Source of the DNA: Coniocarpon cinnabarinum
Taxonomy: Eukaryota
NCBI GenBank assembly: GCA_051942205.1
Contig: JAVECO010000039.1
Span: forward strand, 1 to 64,000
Direction: 5' to 3'
DNA: 64,000 nucleotides
Below the pieces are notes generated by a model, which did no database searches, was not told the origin of the DNA, and saw only the letters and a list, made by a program, of their open reading frames with translations. Within the stretch, counting starts at the first letter, position 1. Each line of letters starts with the position of its first letter. Below are positions 36,486 through 46,955 of this stretch, in pieces. The translations under genes were made by a program, and so were the position numbers.

Positions 36486-36978
36486 CACTGTATTCTGCTG
36501 ACGATTGAGCAGCCACGAACAGGGAAAGTTGGTAGATTGCGAGGTTGTTAAAGGTGGAGTGAAGGAAAGCGCGGAGTGTGGCTGGCGTTATCGTTAACGT
36601 TGAACGTTGAGCACGGACCACGTCTCATGACGATGTGTCAAGAAGTCACTAGCTAAGAGAGGCATCGTCGAGCTTCGATTTCAAGATGACAGTTCCCGAT
36701 CTCGACATTCACATTTCTATAACTACTACGATGGTGAAAGACGGTTTCGCTTGAAAGACATCTGATTGAGATGGAGCTGAGTCGCGCGTTCATGTATGGC
36801 AAGGCAATGCCAGGCCTTACAGTGTAGCCAGATGGGCGAGTCTACTCGTACATCACCAGCAAGCTGGGTCTCTCATCATTCATATTCCAGCAGTTCCACT
36901 CGTACTTAATCATATCATCCATTACATTCTCAACGACCTCAAGACATCTGCATATGGCGCACTCGTAATGGCAGCGGT

Positions 36979-39915
36979 TCAAGAGCCACCCGCCGCAAGG
37001 ATGTACCAAATGCAGGCAACCAGTAGGCCCATCATGGGATACTCAACCCCTCCGAGCGGCATGTCTGAAAAGTGCAATGCTCGCTCGCTTGAGCTTAACT
37101 GCTGTTCTGACTTGGGTGTTTCAGGCGAGGTTGCTTGCATTTTGGAGCCACGCCAGCTTCGCTGTCCATCCCATGTCGGAAAGCCCCGGTCATAGCCACC
37201 TTCAACACGAGGTTCGCGGTTGTAGTCAATCATTACGCCTATAACGTACGACGTGATCGTGCCAACTGCGCCTCCCAATAGTATGTATTTGGCACTTTGA
37301 CCCCAGCTTCGAGAGGGTTTCTTGTTGCGTGCATGACGCTGGCTTGATGTAGACCGTGAGCCGCCCTTGCTTGACGTCGTGTTATCAGAGTAGGATTTAC
37401 CCGCGATTCCTTGCTCTTTAAGCATCTCAACGACCTCAGATACCGTGTATTTCTGCATAGGTAGTTGACCAGAAAACACTGGTTCCTCTCGCCGGACCCT
37501 CCGTTGAGGCAGAGTCCGAGAGGTTGTTTGAGAGGAAAAGTGGTCAATAGAGTCAGTGCGATTGTCACTCTCGTCAAGTTGTGTATCATCTATAGGCCGG
37601 TCGTGATTGACGAAGCCCGTTGGTGAAGCAAAATTTCCAGTTTGTGGAGTGAGATCTGGTTCCGGTTTTGAAGTTTTGTCAATAGGATTGACGCGTGGCG
37701 GGGTGGATTCTTTCATGGTAGCTAGTGAACTTCGCACGTTCTGAGTTGTCGAGGAGGCCTCAGACATGGAGCGTGCAAGGTATGCTTCGACTCGACCTTT
37801 TGCGTTTGTAACATCAGGGGCAAATCCAACCTGACGTTGCGAAGTCGCAGCGGGAGCATTACTTGCTTCAGAGTCGAATCGCAAAGGGCCTTGACGGTGA
37901 GAGCAATCGATCGGTCCATAAGCGTTTTCATAAGCTGCGCGAATATCTTTGACAAGCTGCTGGTCTTTCGATGGGGGCTCCGCTGTTATCATCTTGGCAT
38001 GCGGTGCCTTGTCCTTGTACCATCTACCGTTACGGGCGAACTCCACAACCTTAGGGCTCATGTCTCCTTCGGCGGGGACTGGCTCAGATGCGGAATTGGG
38101 AACTGGTCGGTCTTTCGTGTTATGATCATCGTTGGAACGGTCGCGTTGTGTGGTCGCCGAGTCTGGTCGATGTCTCCATTTATTTTCGAAGGCATTGAAT
38201 GCCTTCTTTAAGTCTATTACTTCTTGCTGAAGCTTCGAGCCAAAGACGGAAGTGGGCTTTGTATCATCCAATTGATGTTGTCTGATTTTTCGTGTGAGCC
38301 GCGCACGGTGTTCGACCAGCTCTTTAAGATTCATAGATTTTAAGGGCTTGTCTTTGAGAAGCACAGGTGACATAGGGCGCTGACACTCGTGGATTTTTGA
38401 CCAAAGAGAGCTCCGACCCCTGCGCACACTATCGCTTGTATGTGCTGACCCAGAAGCTTCTGCACTATGAGAAGTCACCGAGGTGCGCTGCTGATCTTTG
38501 CGATGTGATGGAGACTGAACTGGGAAAGCGGTCGCTTGAGTCTTTGGCCGAGGATCTACCATGGTTGGGTTTTCAATGGATTTTGAATTTGCCTGCTTTA
38601 TGTCCTGCGACACAGCGCCAGCAATGCTGGTTTGAGGATCGGCCTTCTTTTTCCAGGCGTGCTCTAAAGCGCGCTTGGCCTTTTCTGGGCCATTCTGCTG
38701 AGGCGCAACGCCACGCTCTCGCTCTTCACGCAAATTTTCGAAGATCGTCCTGATTGAGACTTCTTGTGAACGACTGTTTGCATCGACAGCAGTTTTACTA
38801 TGAAGTGGCTGCTCGTCTCTGACGCCTGTTCCGGAGGTGAATCGATCAAGACTGGTTTCCAAGCGAGATGTGGGTTGGTCGGCCTGCGGAGTACCTTGAA
38901 CTCGTTCTCTGGCTGTACCTACATTTGTTAGCGGAGCTCCCCGAGTGTGCCTCTCGGGTTTGGCATCTACAGCATGTTCCGTTGCAGCCCGTTGCGCTTG
39001 TTGCATTCCTTGACCGAGGTGTGCGGCACCGCTCTTGGCGTCACATGAATCGGATTTTACCTGACTGCCACTTTCCGGAAGATTCGAATGAGATGATCTG
39101 GATACTGGTTCGTCTTTTGGCACCATGCGGTTGGAGATGGGATCGTAGACCAGGTTTCCAGAATCCTCATGTATCTGCCCGCTTGCATCCCTCGTCGCCC
39201 TCCGCCAAGATATGGTAGCCTGGATGTCACGCTTTGATGCCTTCTCTGCCTGCGACGCCGCACTTTTGCTTATCTTGTCTCCATTTTCGGGACTCTTGGG
39301 ATCTCGATCTGACTGGTCGGCTGGGTCAGAACCAACAACCGCGCGTTGAATGAACAGACCATCCATCTCAGCTTTGATGGCTGCAAATGTATGCTTGCCC
39401 CATAAGCCATGTATTCGCCGGTTACTCCATCCGAACAATGCTTCATATGGGTCCTCTTCGATTCGCCTTCGAAATGCATTCAAATGTTCTCGGTGGCGTT
39501 GGTACATGAGTTCTCTGGAGGAGTATTCGAATGGATCTTTCTCTTCTTCCTGACAAGCAGGGCAGTCTTTATCCCTGGGCGTATTCTTAGGGTCCTCTGT
39601 ACTCTTGACCCATGAGCATCCAGGCCTGTGCCAATAGTATTTGGACCGGGAGCCGCGCCGTCCTGGAGTCCAGCTAGAACATTGACGGGTGCTGCAGGTA
39701 CTGCGACCAGTAGAGCCACAAAGCAGAGGCTTAGCTGTGCATCCAAATGGATGTATTTGGCGACCATCGCTTGTGCTACTCTGCTTACGCCCATGTGCAG
39801 ACGTGATCGTGCGAAGCTGTTGCGATGGACGGCTGTAACCTACCGAGCCTAGTCGGGGACGCGCGACCGGCACCAAAGCGGTTCCCGATATCTGTTGAGC
39901 TTTTGTCGACATCAT
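36979..39915 (-). CDS. Large low-complexity protein, probably mitochondrial, with C-terminal membrane anchor(s)
   Basis: 978-aa uninterrupted ORF with an Arg/Ser-rich presequence-like N-terminus, motifs DPYEALFG, YDPISNRM, SPTGFVN and VRREEPVFSG, and hydrophobic helices near the C-terminus. Confidence 0.82.
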   Translation of the reverse strand: MMSTKAQQISGTALVPVARPRLGSVGYSRPSQQLRTITSAHGRKQSSTSDGRQIHPFGCTAKPLLCGSTGRSTCSTRQCSSWTPGRRGSRSKYYWHRPGCSWVKSTEDPKNTPRDKDCPACQEEEKDPFEYSSRELMYQRHREHLNAFRRRIEEDPYEALFGWSNRRIHGLWGKHTFAAIKAEMDGLFIQRAVVGSDPADQSDRDPKSPENGDKISKSAASQAEKASKRDIQATISWRRATRDASGQIHEDSGNLVYDPISNRMVPKDEPVSRSSHSNLPESGSQVKSDSCDAKSGAAHLGQGMQQAQRAATEHAVDAKPERHTRGAPLTNVGTARERVQGTPQADQPTSRLETSLDRFTSGTGVRDEQPLHSKTAVDANSRSQEVSIRTIFENLREERERGVAPQQNGPEKAKRALEHAWKKKADPQTSIAGAVSQDIKQANSKSIENPTMVDPRPKTQATAFPVQSPSHRKDQQRTSVTSHSAEASGSAHTSDSVRRGRSSLWSKIHECQRPMSPVLLKDKPLKSMNLKELVEHRARLTRKIRQHQLDDTKPTSVFGSKLQQEVIDLKKAFNAFENKWRHRPDSATTQRDRSNDDHNTKDRPVPNSASEPVPAEGDMSPKVVEFARNGRWYKDKAPHAKMITAEPPSKDQQLVKDIRAAYENAYGPIDCSHRQGPLRFDSEASNAPAATSQRQVGFAPDVTNAKGRVEAYLARSMSEASSTTQNVRSSLATMKESTPPRVNPIDKTSKPEPDLTPQTGNFASPTGFVNHDRPIDDTQLDESDNRTDSIDHFSSQTTSRTLPQRRVRREEPVFSGQLPMQKYTVSEVVEMLKEQGIAGKSYSDNTTSSKGGSRSTSSQRHARNKKPSRSWGQSAKYILLGGAVGTITSYVIGVMIDYNREPRVEGGYDRGFPTWDGQRSWRGSKMQATSPETPKSEQQLSSSERALHFSDMPLGGVEYPMMGLLVACIWYILAAGGS

Positions 39916-40368
39916 AATCGCAACGCTTGTATCTGATGATGCATGGAGAAATGAAATGCTCTCGCGATATCACGGCAAAGTCAAGTGAATGATGCCGCGA
40001 CGATGTCTGGCGACACGCTGAAGATAGAAGAGCACGAATTGAGTGCGGCGGAAACGGCGAAGCTCATGTGTAGACGCTGAAGCGTCTTGCTGAGCCAGCC
40101 GGCTCCGTGAAATGGTAGAGGAGAATGCAAGGGAGTGAGTGTGTAGAGGATAGATAGGACGAAGGCAGTCCTCGGCATGAGGGACCTCGAGTAGCATTGC
40201 CGCCTTGCCGTATCGACAGCGGGGTTTGCTCCACCTCTCCCCAAGTGGACTAGTCGCTCACGTGCTGACCATCACCACTCCTTGCACAATTCATAGCCAA
40301 ATAAGACACGCAAGCAAAGTCGATGGAGAAGGTCATGGTGTTGAGCCTGGAATAGCATAAATTTTCAG

Positions 40369-42147
40369 TCATAGACTATCCTCTCGCCACCGGCTTCGGA
40401 CTCGTTGCCAACCCTCCTTTTCGCTCAATCCACCCTTCTCTTCTAGACCCATACCACGCTCCACCCATTCTTGAGTTCCCATCTCAGTCAGGCGACTTAA
40501 TGCACGGGCAAACGCGAATCGCTCTTCGTCTCCACTGAAGACATTACTGTTCTTAAAGACCTCTAATGACGTACCCAGGTCATCCATAAGCATCCGCATC
40601 TCCTGATTCATGTTTTCGTGGTCCGGCCTGCTCTTTGGTTTATCTTCTACGGGTACAGGATGCTTTTCTCTAGCCCGATTAGCCATTGCTGCATCGATCT
40701 CATCAGGTGAAAGAAAGAGTTGGGCGAGTGGCACAGCAGTAGTTAGTACCAGCTTCGCTCTACTCTCGTAGACAGCGTCGACAAAGGTAATAAAGCGACG
40801 TGCCCAGTCGCGCTCATTATATGTCATGCCAGGCACATCGGTGACAATAAAGGCATCATAGCTGCGCATGAGCTCAAGATAGTCTGCGGCGCCTGTTGCA
40901 CGACCAAGCAGCTCGTGAAACTCGTAGCGAGCACATGAGCCGCTTGCTTGGGGCACGATTATATCTCTTCCCCACACCACGTGCTTCGCTTGATGTGGGG
41001 GATCCCCCTTAAAGTCCCCAAGGAACCGAAACCATTTGTCTGCGTGCGATCTTGCTGCTTTGTCCAATGGGAAATGATACACACCGGACGGTGGCTTGGG
41101 CATCTTGCGGTAGTCTGTGGTCGAGTCCAGATTGATGACTCGGAGTTGAGTTTGGAGAAGGTTGATGCACGGGATAAAAGACTGTCGTTGAATGCCATTT
41201 TTGTAGAGCTCTGTCGGATGTCTGTTGGATGTTGTCACAATGACACAGCCGTGCGCCATTAGGGATTCCATTAGGCGGCGGAGAATCATGGCATCCGCAA
41301 CGTCGGTGCACTGGAACTCATCGAAACAGAGTACAGAGCTCTCAGCCGCGATCTGCGCCGCCACGAAGGGCACAGCATCAACGTTGTACCCGTTTTCGGA
41401 ACGAACTTTATGCAGACGCTTGTGAACGTCTTGCATGAAGTTGTGAAAATGTATGCGCGTTTTCTTAGTGATATTGGCGGGCAACGTGTCGAAGAACAGG
41501 TCCATCAACATGGTCTTGCCACTCCCAACATCCCCATACATGTACAAACCTTTTGGTGCGTTCGAAGGCACAATGGCGGCTGGCTCATGTGGAAGATGAC
41601 GTCCAAAAAGCGAGCTGAGAAAGCCTTGTTTCTTTGGCTGCAAGGACTCGACAGTGGGCTGTTCTACTGATGGCGGTCGATATTCATGCAACATCTCGTG
41701 TAGGTCTTGCAAACTTTGTATAAGCACTAAGAAGCAGCTTGAAGTCAATTAAAACAGTCACTTGCAGTTAAACCAGATCTATGCTTACTTCTTTGGTGGT
41801 CATCATCTCGAAGCCTCCCATCATAAATGCGCCGATCGTACTCCGCGATCGGCCCTTGCAAAGGATGTCGACCTGTTCTGTTTCAACGGTCTGTGTCATG
41901 AGACAGTAATGAGACCATACTCACTCTGCAGCACAGTCGCAAATTGTCGCCACGGGCTATCTCTGTGAGACCAAGAGCTTGCAGGCGTCATCCTTGGATG
42001 TTGAAGTCCTCCAATTGGCTGGATTGGATGGGATTTGGCGATCTTCTGCAGGCATCGCGAGCAAATGTAGTTCCGCGCGCCCAGCTTGCGAAGCAATTCG
42101 TGTTTTCTTCTAGATATCTTCAATGGTCGCAACACGTCTCTGCGCAT
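40369..42147 (-). CDS. AFG1: AFG1/LACE1 (ZapE-family) mitochondrial ATPase; two 5' introns (~41920-41875, ~41787-41728)
   Basis: PKGLYMYGDVGSGKTMLMDLF (Walker A), RIHFHNFM, VLCFDEFQCTDVADAMIL (Walker B), TTSNRHP.ELY.NG.QR and FAFARALSRL; basic presequence in the first exon. Confidence 0.96.
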
Positions 42148-43291
42148 GATAAATCTTCCGCTCGAAGCGTTGCGCAATCTGATAATCGACGAATTCCTGA
42201 ACGTATACGATTTGCGACTCGAACTGCCTCTAGACGATTTGATCTTCTTGTTTATGTTGACTGCTTGCTTCCACGCTCACGTGGGCCATGGTCACGCAGG
42301 AGGTAAGGCAGTAGTAAGGAGTGACGTACTTTCATCACGTGATGTCAATACAAGAGAAATAGATGGCGTATTTGGTGATAGTGCGTCGCACGTCCCGTCA
42401 TCCACATTGGCCTCTACGGGAGACAGATGTCCTCATTATTTAATCCGTTCATATCAGCAGTCAGCATTGCCATTGCGTTTCCATGCATCCGAGTAATCCG
42501 ACCCGAGAAGTTTTGCAATACGCCATGGACCTTGTGGCCTAGTCCACCGGCAAGCTCACACATCATATCCTTTCGCCTGACGGATGATGGTTGAGCGCTG
42601 TCATACCTTCCTGCACGGATGCGGTAGCTTTACTTAAGGGGCGATTTGGTATCTCACCAACAGAGCTAACGACGGGTTCATGAATGCTTTAGAGCGCGAA
42701 CCGCAGCCTGCCGAGCTGCGCAACGTGAGGCAACACGCTCAGTATTACCATTTACCTTCATCAGCTCCCATGAATATCGAGGTGACGGCTTAGAAGGTCA
42801 AATCTCATCGGACCTGCGCAAGCTGGTATCAACCAAGTCTCTGATCTTACGCCGACAGACCGAACTCCTTGTTAGGCGTCCACTGATATTAGATTCAGAG
42901 TGCCCGTAACGGAACGTGTGCAAGATCATGTTTCAGGCGCAAGGCTGACATACAACATCAACTGTATCACATATTGAGTTGCCTTCTGCATGTTTTCGGC
43001 CCCCGCGTATGTCCAATACCGACCACTTGGGTAAATGCGTGTTTGAAAATACGGCTCATTACCAGATCTCCGTCGTTTGCGTATGCCTTGCTGCTACTTG
43101 TCATGAGGCGGTCCCCAAAAGTCAAATGTAAGATATTGCTATGGGCTCTGGCTATAAAGCATTATATGTTGGGCACCATGCAGCATATGAACTTGCAAAC
43201 ATCTCATTCTCATATTGCAGCAATAAACACAACGAGCAAAAAGTAGATATCTCAACCCCACATATTTCATTCACAGAGCAGCATCACAGCC

Positions 43292-43725
43292 ATGTCGAAC
43301 GCTGAGCTATACATTGTGGTCTACCGGGCACAGAATAGTAATAGCCTTCCCGTGTCACGTGTACCCTTGTGCTGACTGCTACACAAGTCCGTCTTCAAGC
43401 CCTGGGCCTCGGTGTCCAACACAAGGACGAATGGACCGTGTACGAAGTCGTTGGAACCCACCCCACCTTCACCCGCAACAGCCGTCGGGGCCCACCTGAC
43501 GACAGCGTCTCCGACGTAAAGACCATCAAGGTCGGCGAGATTCCAGACAGCGATGTCTCCGACATTGAGAAGGCGTACGAAGCAACTAATGTGAACAACG
43601 ATGACCCGACGTGGACGTGCCGCGAGTTCGTCATGGAGATCTTGACTAGTCTCTCCATCGATGCTCAGCTCCCGTCTGACTCTGATGAGGACAGCACTAG
43701 TGACGACAGCAAGGAGGAGGCGTAA
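43292..43725 (+). CDS. Small acidic protein resembling fungal permuted papain-like (DUF6540-type) proteins, catalytic motif degenerate; intron 43338-43387
   Basis: TATAAA at ~43153; spliced MSNAELYIVVY...WTVYEVVG..F...IKVGEI...WTCREFVMEIL. Confidence 0.55.
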
Positions 43726-44556
43726 AAGCAGTCCTCTTGAAGCATAGCGTGGTGTATTGATTTACAAGGTTGCGTGGAACCTCATCCGAGGCGGCATCAG
43801 ACAAGCGAGCAGGCATGACAAGTACTGCATTGTCCCGACATAGTTGAAGAAAGCCTAGGTGCCTTGCTCTCGATGCTTGCACACAAAGAGCCTATTCAAG
43901 TAAGCTACCAAAATCTCAGCCTGCTTCAAGCCCCACATGCCTCCTGGTCATTGCATCAACAAGCCGCAAGCATTACTCTTCCGCTGAGTGATGGCATTGT
44001 AAGCCTTTGCCTTTTTCCGCGTGGTCGTGGTTAAGTGGCGCTCGCACCATCTTCTCACTGAGATGTTGAAGGTTGAGACTTCGATCGGATGTAGTTGTGA
44101 GTGGCATGGCAGAACCACGCTCAGTCTCCTGAGGCTCGTTTAGAGACTCCCGACGCGCTGAGGTTCCACAAGTGGGTGAGCTTGCCTTGGTGGACGTTAA
44201 GGAGGATGGAGTGGGATATAACAACATGTCATCGGGAGCAAAAACGGAGAGCTATTTGGAGAAGACGGCTGACTAGGTGTGAACAGCTAATGATCATAGA
44301 GATAGGTATCAGTGAAAACCGAGCTATGTATGTAGGCCGGTGAGACTGCGAACATGATCAGAGCAAGATCAGCATGATGTTACTCAGTGATAATCACGAA
44401 ACATGTGAAGTTCTGGACTGTTTACCTTATGCCTCTCAAGCTACATATATCCAATCATGAGTCGGTCGCTTACCTTACATTTTCAAATCTGCAACACTTC
44501 GACATCTCCATTTACACAGTCCGGTTGTCCAAGCTGAGCAGTACGATAACACAGCC

Positions 44557-45006
44557 ATGTCGGTATACCCAACAACTTCCGATTCTGAAACCTACATCCA
44601 CCTCTGCTTCACGACTCAAAGCGAAATGCTCACGCTCTACACCAAGATACACAAGTACCTCACAAATCTCATGGAACTTCGTCTGGACTTCCCTAGAGCC
44701 GAGTATACGACCTACAACCAGTATTCGAAGACAATTCAGAGACTCAATGGTCAGTCGCTGCACCCTCGAGAGAGCAAATGGGTGCGCGAGGAGATGCATA
44801 AAAACTGGGCGATGCGATTGGAACTCTTTACAAGTTCGGAAAAGCTCCATCTTGGGGTTCATGGCCTGGTGATTGAATTGGTGAAGGCGGCGATGAATGA
44901 ACTGAGTTTTTGGTGTGGGATTCATGGGAGAGATGACGAAATGGTCAAAATGTGGAGGAGCTTTGCTTATTTCAAGTCGGATGTGCAAAGGGAAAAGTAC
45001 ATGTGA
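44557..45006 (+). CDS. Orphan helical protein, tandem paralogue copy 1 (intact)
   Basis: 149-aa ORF sharing EMLTLYTKIHKY.TNL and KAAMNEL..WCGIHG with two downstream copies. Confidence 0.75.
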   Translation: MSVYPTTSDSETYIHLCFTTQSEMLTLYTKIHKYLTNLMELRLDFPRAEYTTYNQYSKTIQRLNGQSLHPRESKWVREEMHKNWAMRLELFTSSEKLHLGVHGLVIELVKAAMNELSFWCGIHGRDDEMVKMWRSFAYFKSDVQREKYM

Positions 45007-45271
45007 GGTGGCTAGGGAAATTGCACTCGCTGGAGATACGTTGCGAGATGTTCAGCGCATGTTATAGGTTGGAGATGTCAGGTATAGGCTGACGCTGCGG
45101 AGATCGGTGCCTTACAGTACCTAGAACCGGTAATACAGTTTCATCTTGTCAAGAGGTGATATAAATCACCGACTTCTCAACTTCGTCTTACACCTTCAAA
45201 TATCTAGCACTCCAACTTCTCTTCCATGAAGCAAACTCACTACAACACACATCCACTGCAACGAACCAGAC

Positions 45272-45914
45272 ATTTCCAAATCCAATTGTGCCTCCTAAGC
45301 TGAAACCCACACTCATCTCTCATCCAAGACCCAACATGAAATGCTCAACACCTACCTCAGGATCCACCAATACCTCATCAACCTCAAGCAAGTGTGTCTC
45401 CGCCCGGAAAGACTCAAAACCAAAGTCAGCATCGCATACGCGGTCGAGCTTGCCACCACGAAATTCTATCAAGGTCGCGAAGAGTGCTTGTGGACGTCGG
45501 ACGAAGGACTCCACTCCACACTCACGGGTATCAGACGTCGTGAGGCTGAACGCCAGCGCGTCAAGCCCTTGACAGGCGCCGTGGTCGAACTGGCAGACAC
45601 AACCATAGATGGGCTCAAGACTTGGGGCGCGATTCATGGAAGAGATGCGCAGATAGTGGGTCTGGTGAATGAATTTGAGACGTTGCGAAGGAACGCGGGT
45701 GGGGAAGCTGCGGGAAAATTGGAAGAACGACGAGGATCGTGAGTTGAGCGTCTCCAAAATGGCGGTTTCGGAAGGAGAGGAGCGAAGAGACCAAGAACTT
45801 AGTGAGGGAGCGTCGGGAGTTGAGCGGCTTAGGGTGAAGCAGCTCGAACATGAGGACTTAGGAGACAAAGAAGTGGACGTTGAGAAGCTGACATATTCAG
45901 AGCTTGAAGGTTAG
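45272..45914 (+). pseudogene. Orphan paralogue copy 2 (degraded start, in-frame TAA at 45296, probable frameshift near 45690)
   Basis: ETHTHLSSKTQHEMLNTYLRIHQYLINL...WGAIHGRD aligns with copies 1 and 3. ATT stands where ATG is expected, and the acidic tail continues in another frame (45669-45914). Confidence 0.6.
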
Positions 45915-46210
45915 CAGACGAAAGATGGCCATAAGGCTACAGTTCTTAATATTACTCCGGAGGATATTAAGCGCACGTTAATGGCTAGAGATAGATTAGA
46001 TTGCGAGCTCATTCATCTCCAAAGCACGAGCAAAACATAGTCCTCAAATTTGAACTCAGCCTACCTGGAATCAGTAAATCATGTCTCGTCTTATCAAGCG
46101 GTGACTTCATCACCTATTTCCCTTCTTCACCTTACCTTTCCACCTTCTACACTCCAATTCCTCGTCTACGCGGCTCTCTCCTTCATCCACTCAACAGCGA
46201 TCAACTAAGC

Positions 46211-46729
46211 ATGTCAACCTCCACTGTGCCCTACGATGAAGAGACTCAGCTCCTTTCCTCGCGAAGCGCGAGCGAGATGCTCACGCTCTACACCAAAATA
46301 CACAAGTATTTCACGAACTTAATAGAGTTCTATCTCCATGAAGACAACGTGGAGGAACCGCTCTTCTGGGACTATAGCGACGCTCTCGGGCTTGCTCGCG
46401 TGGCGCTCATTCCATCACAATCTGAATGGAGTAAGTAAGAATGTTCAGCAAACACGAATTCACACATCAAACACCTTGAGGCGGAGAGCAAGCGCCAAAA
46501 GGTGATCGCATCTCCAGTCATCGATGTGGCGAAGGCGGCCATGAACGAGTTGTGGTCTTGGTGTGGCATTCATGGGGTAAATAAAAGCATAACAAGACTG
46601 GCATGGGATTTCGAGACATTTCAGATGAGGGTTGAGGAAGACGTGCTGGAAAATGCAAGGTCCAGAGATGAACAGTTGAGAGAAGAGGAGCTAGATGAGG
46701 AGGAATCGGACGACGATGAGGAGACATGA
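46211..46729 (+). pseudogene. Orphan paralogue copy 3 with premature TAA at 46436-46438
   Basis: The two ORFs are in the same frame. The segment from W to VID is 32 codons in all three copies, and the stop sits where copy 1 has Glu. Confidence 0.7.
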
Positions 46730-46955
46730 GATGGCCGTCAGGCTACGAGCACGGATGCTACTGTGGCAGATGCTAAGTGCGTGTTGAGCGCCAGAGACGT
46801 TAAGGAGGTAGTCAATGACGAAAGTGTGCATTCGAACCGCACGCGCAATCTGGAAGATTAATGGTCAATGCCTGGAAATCTATTAGCGCAGGCAAGGCAC
46901 TGCAGTTTCACAACACAGCTCTGCCGTGCCATTCCATGTCCACAAACAATGTCCT

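Noticed and set aside
46431..46501. Intron rescuing paralogue copy 3 (GTAAGT donor)
   Set aside because: The interval is codon-for-codon colinear with copies 1 and 2 and has no clear branch point, so a nonsense mutation is more parsimonious.
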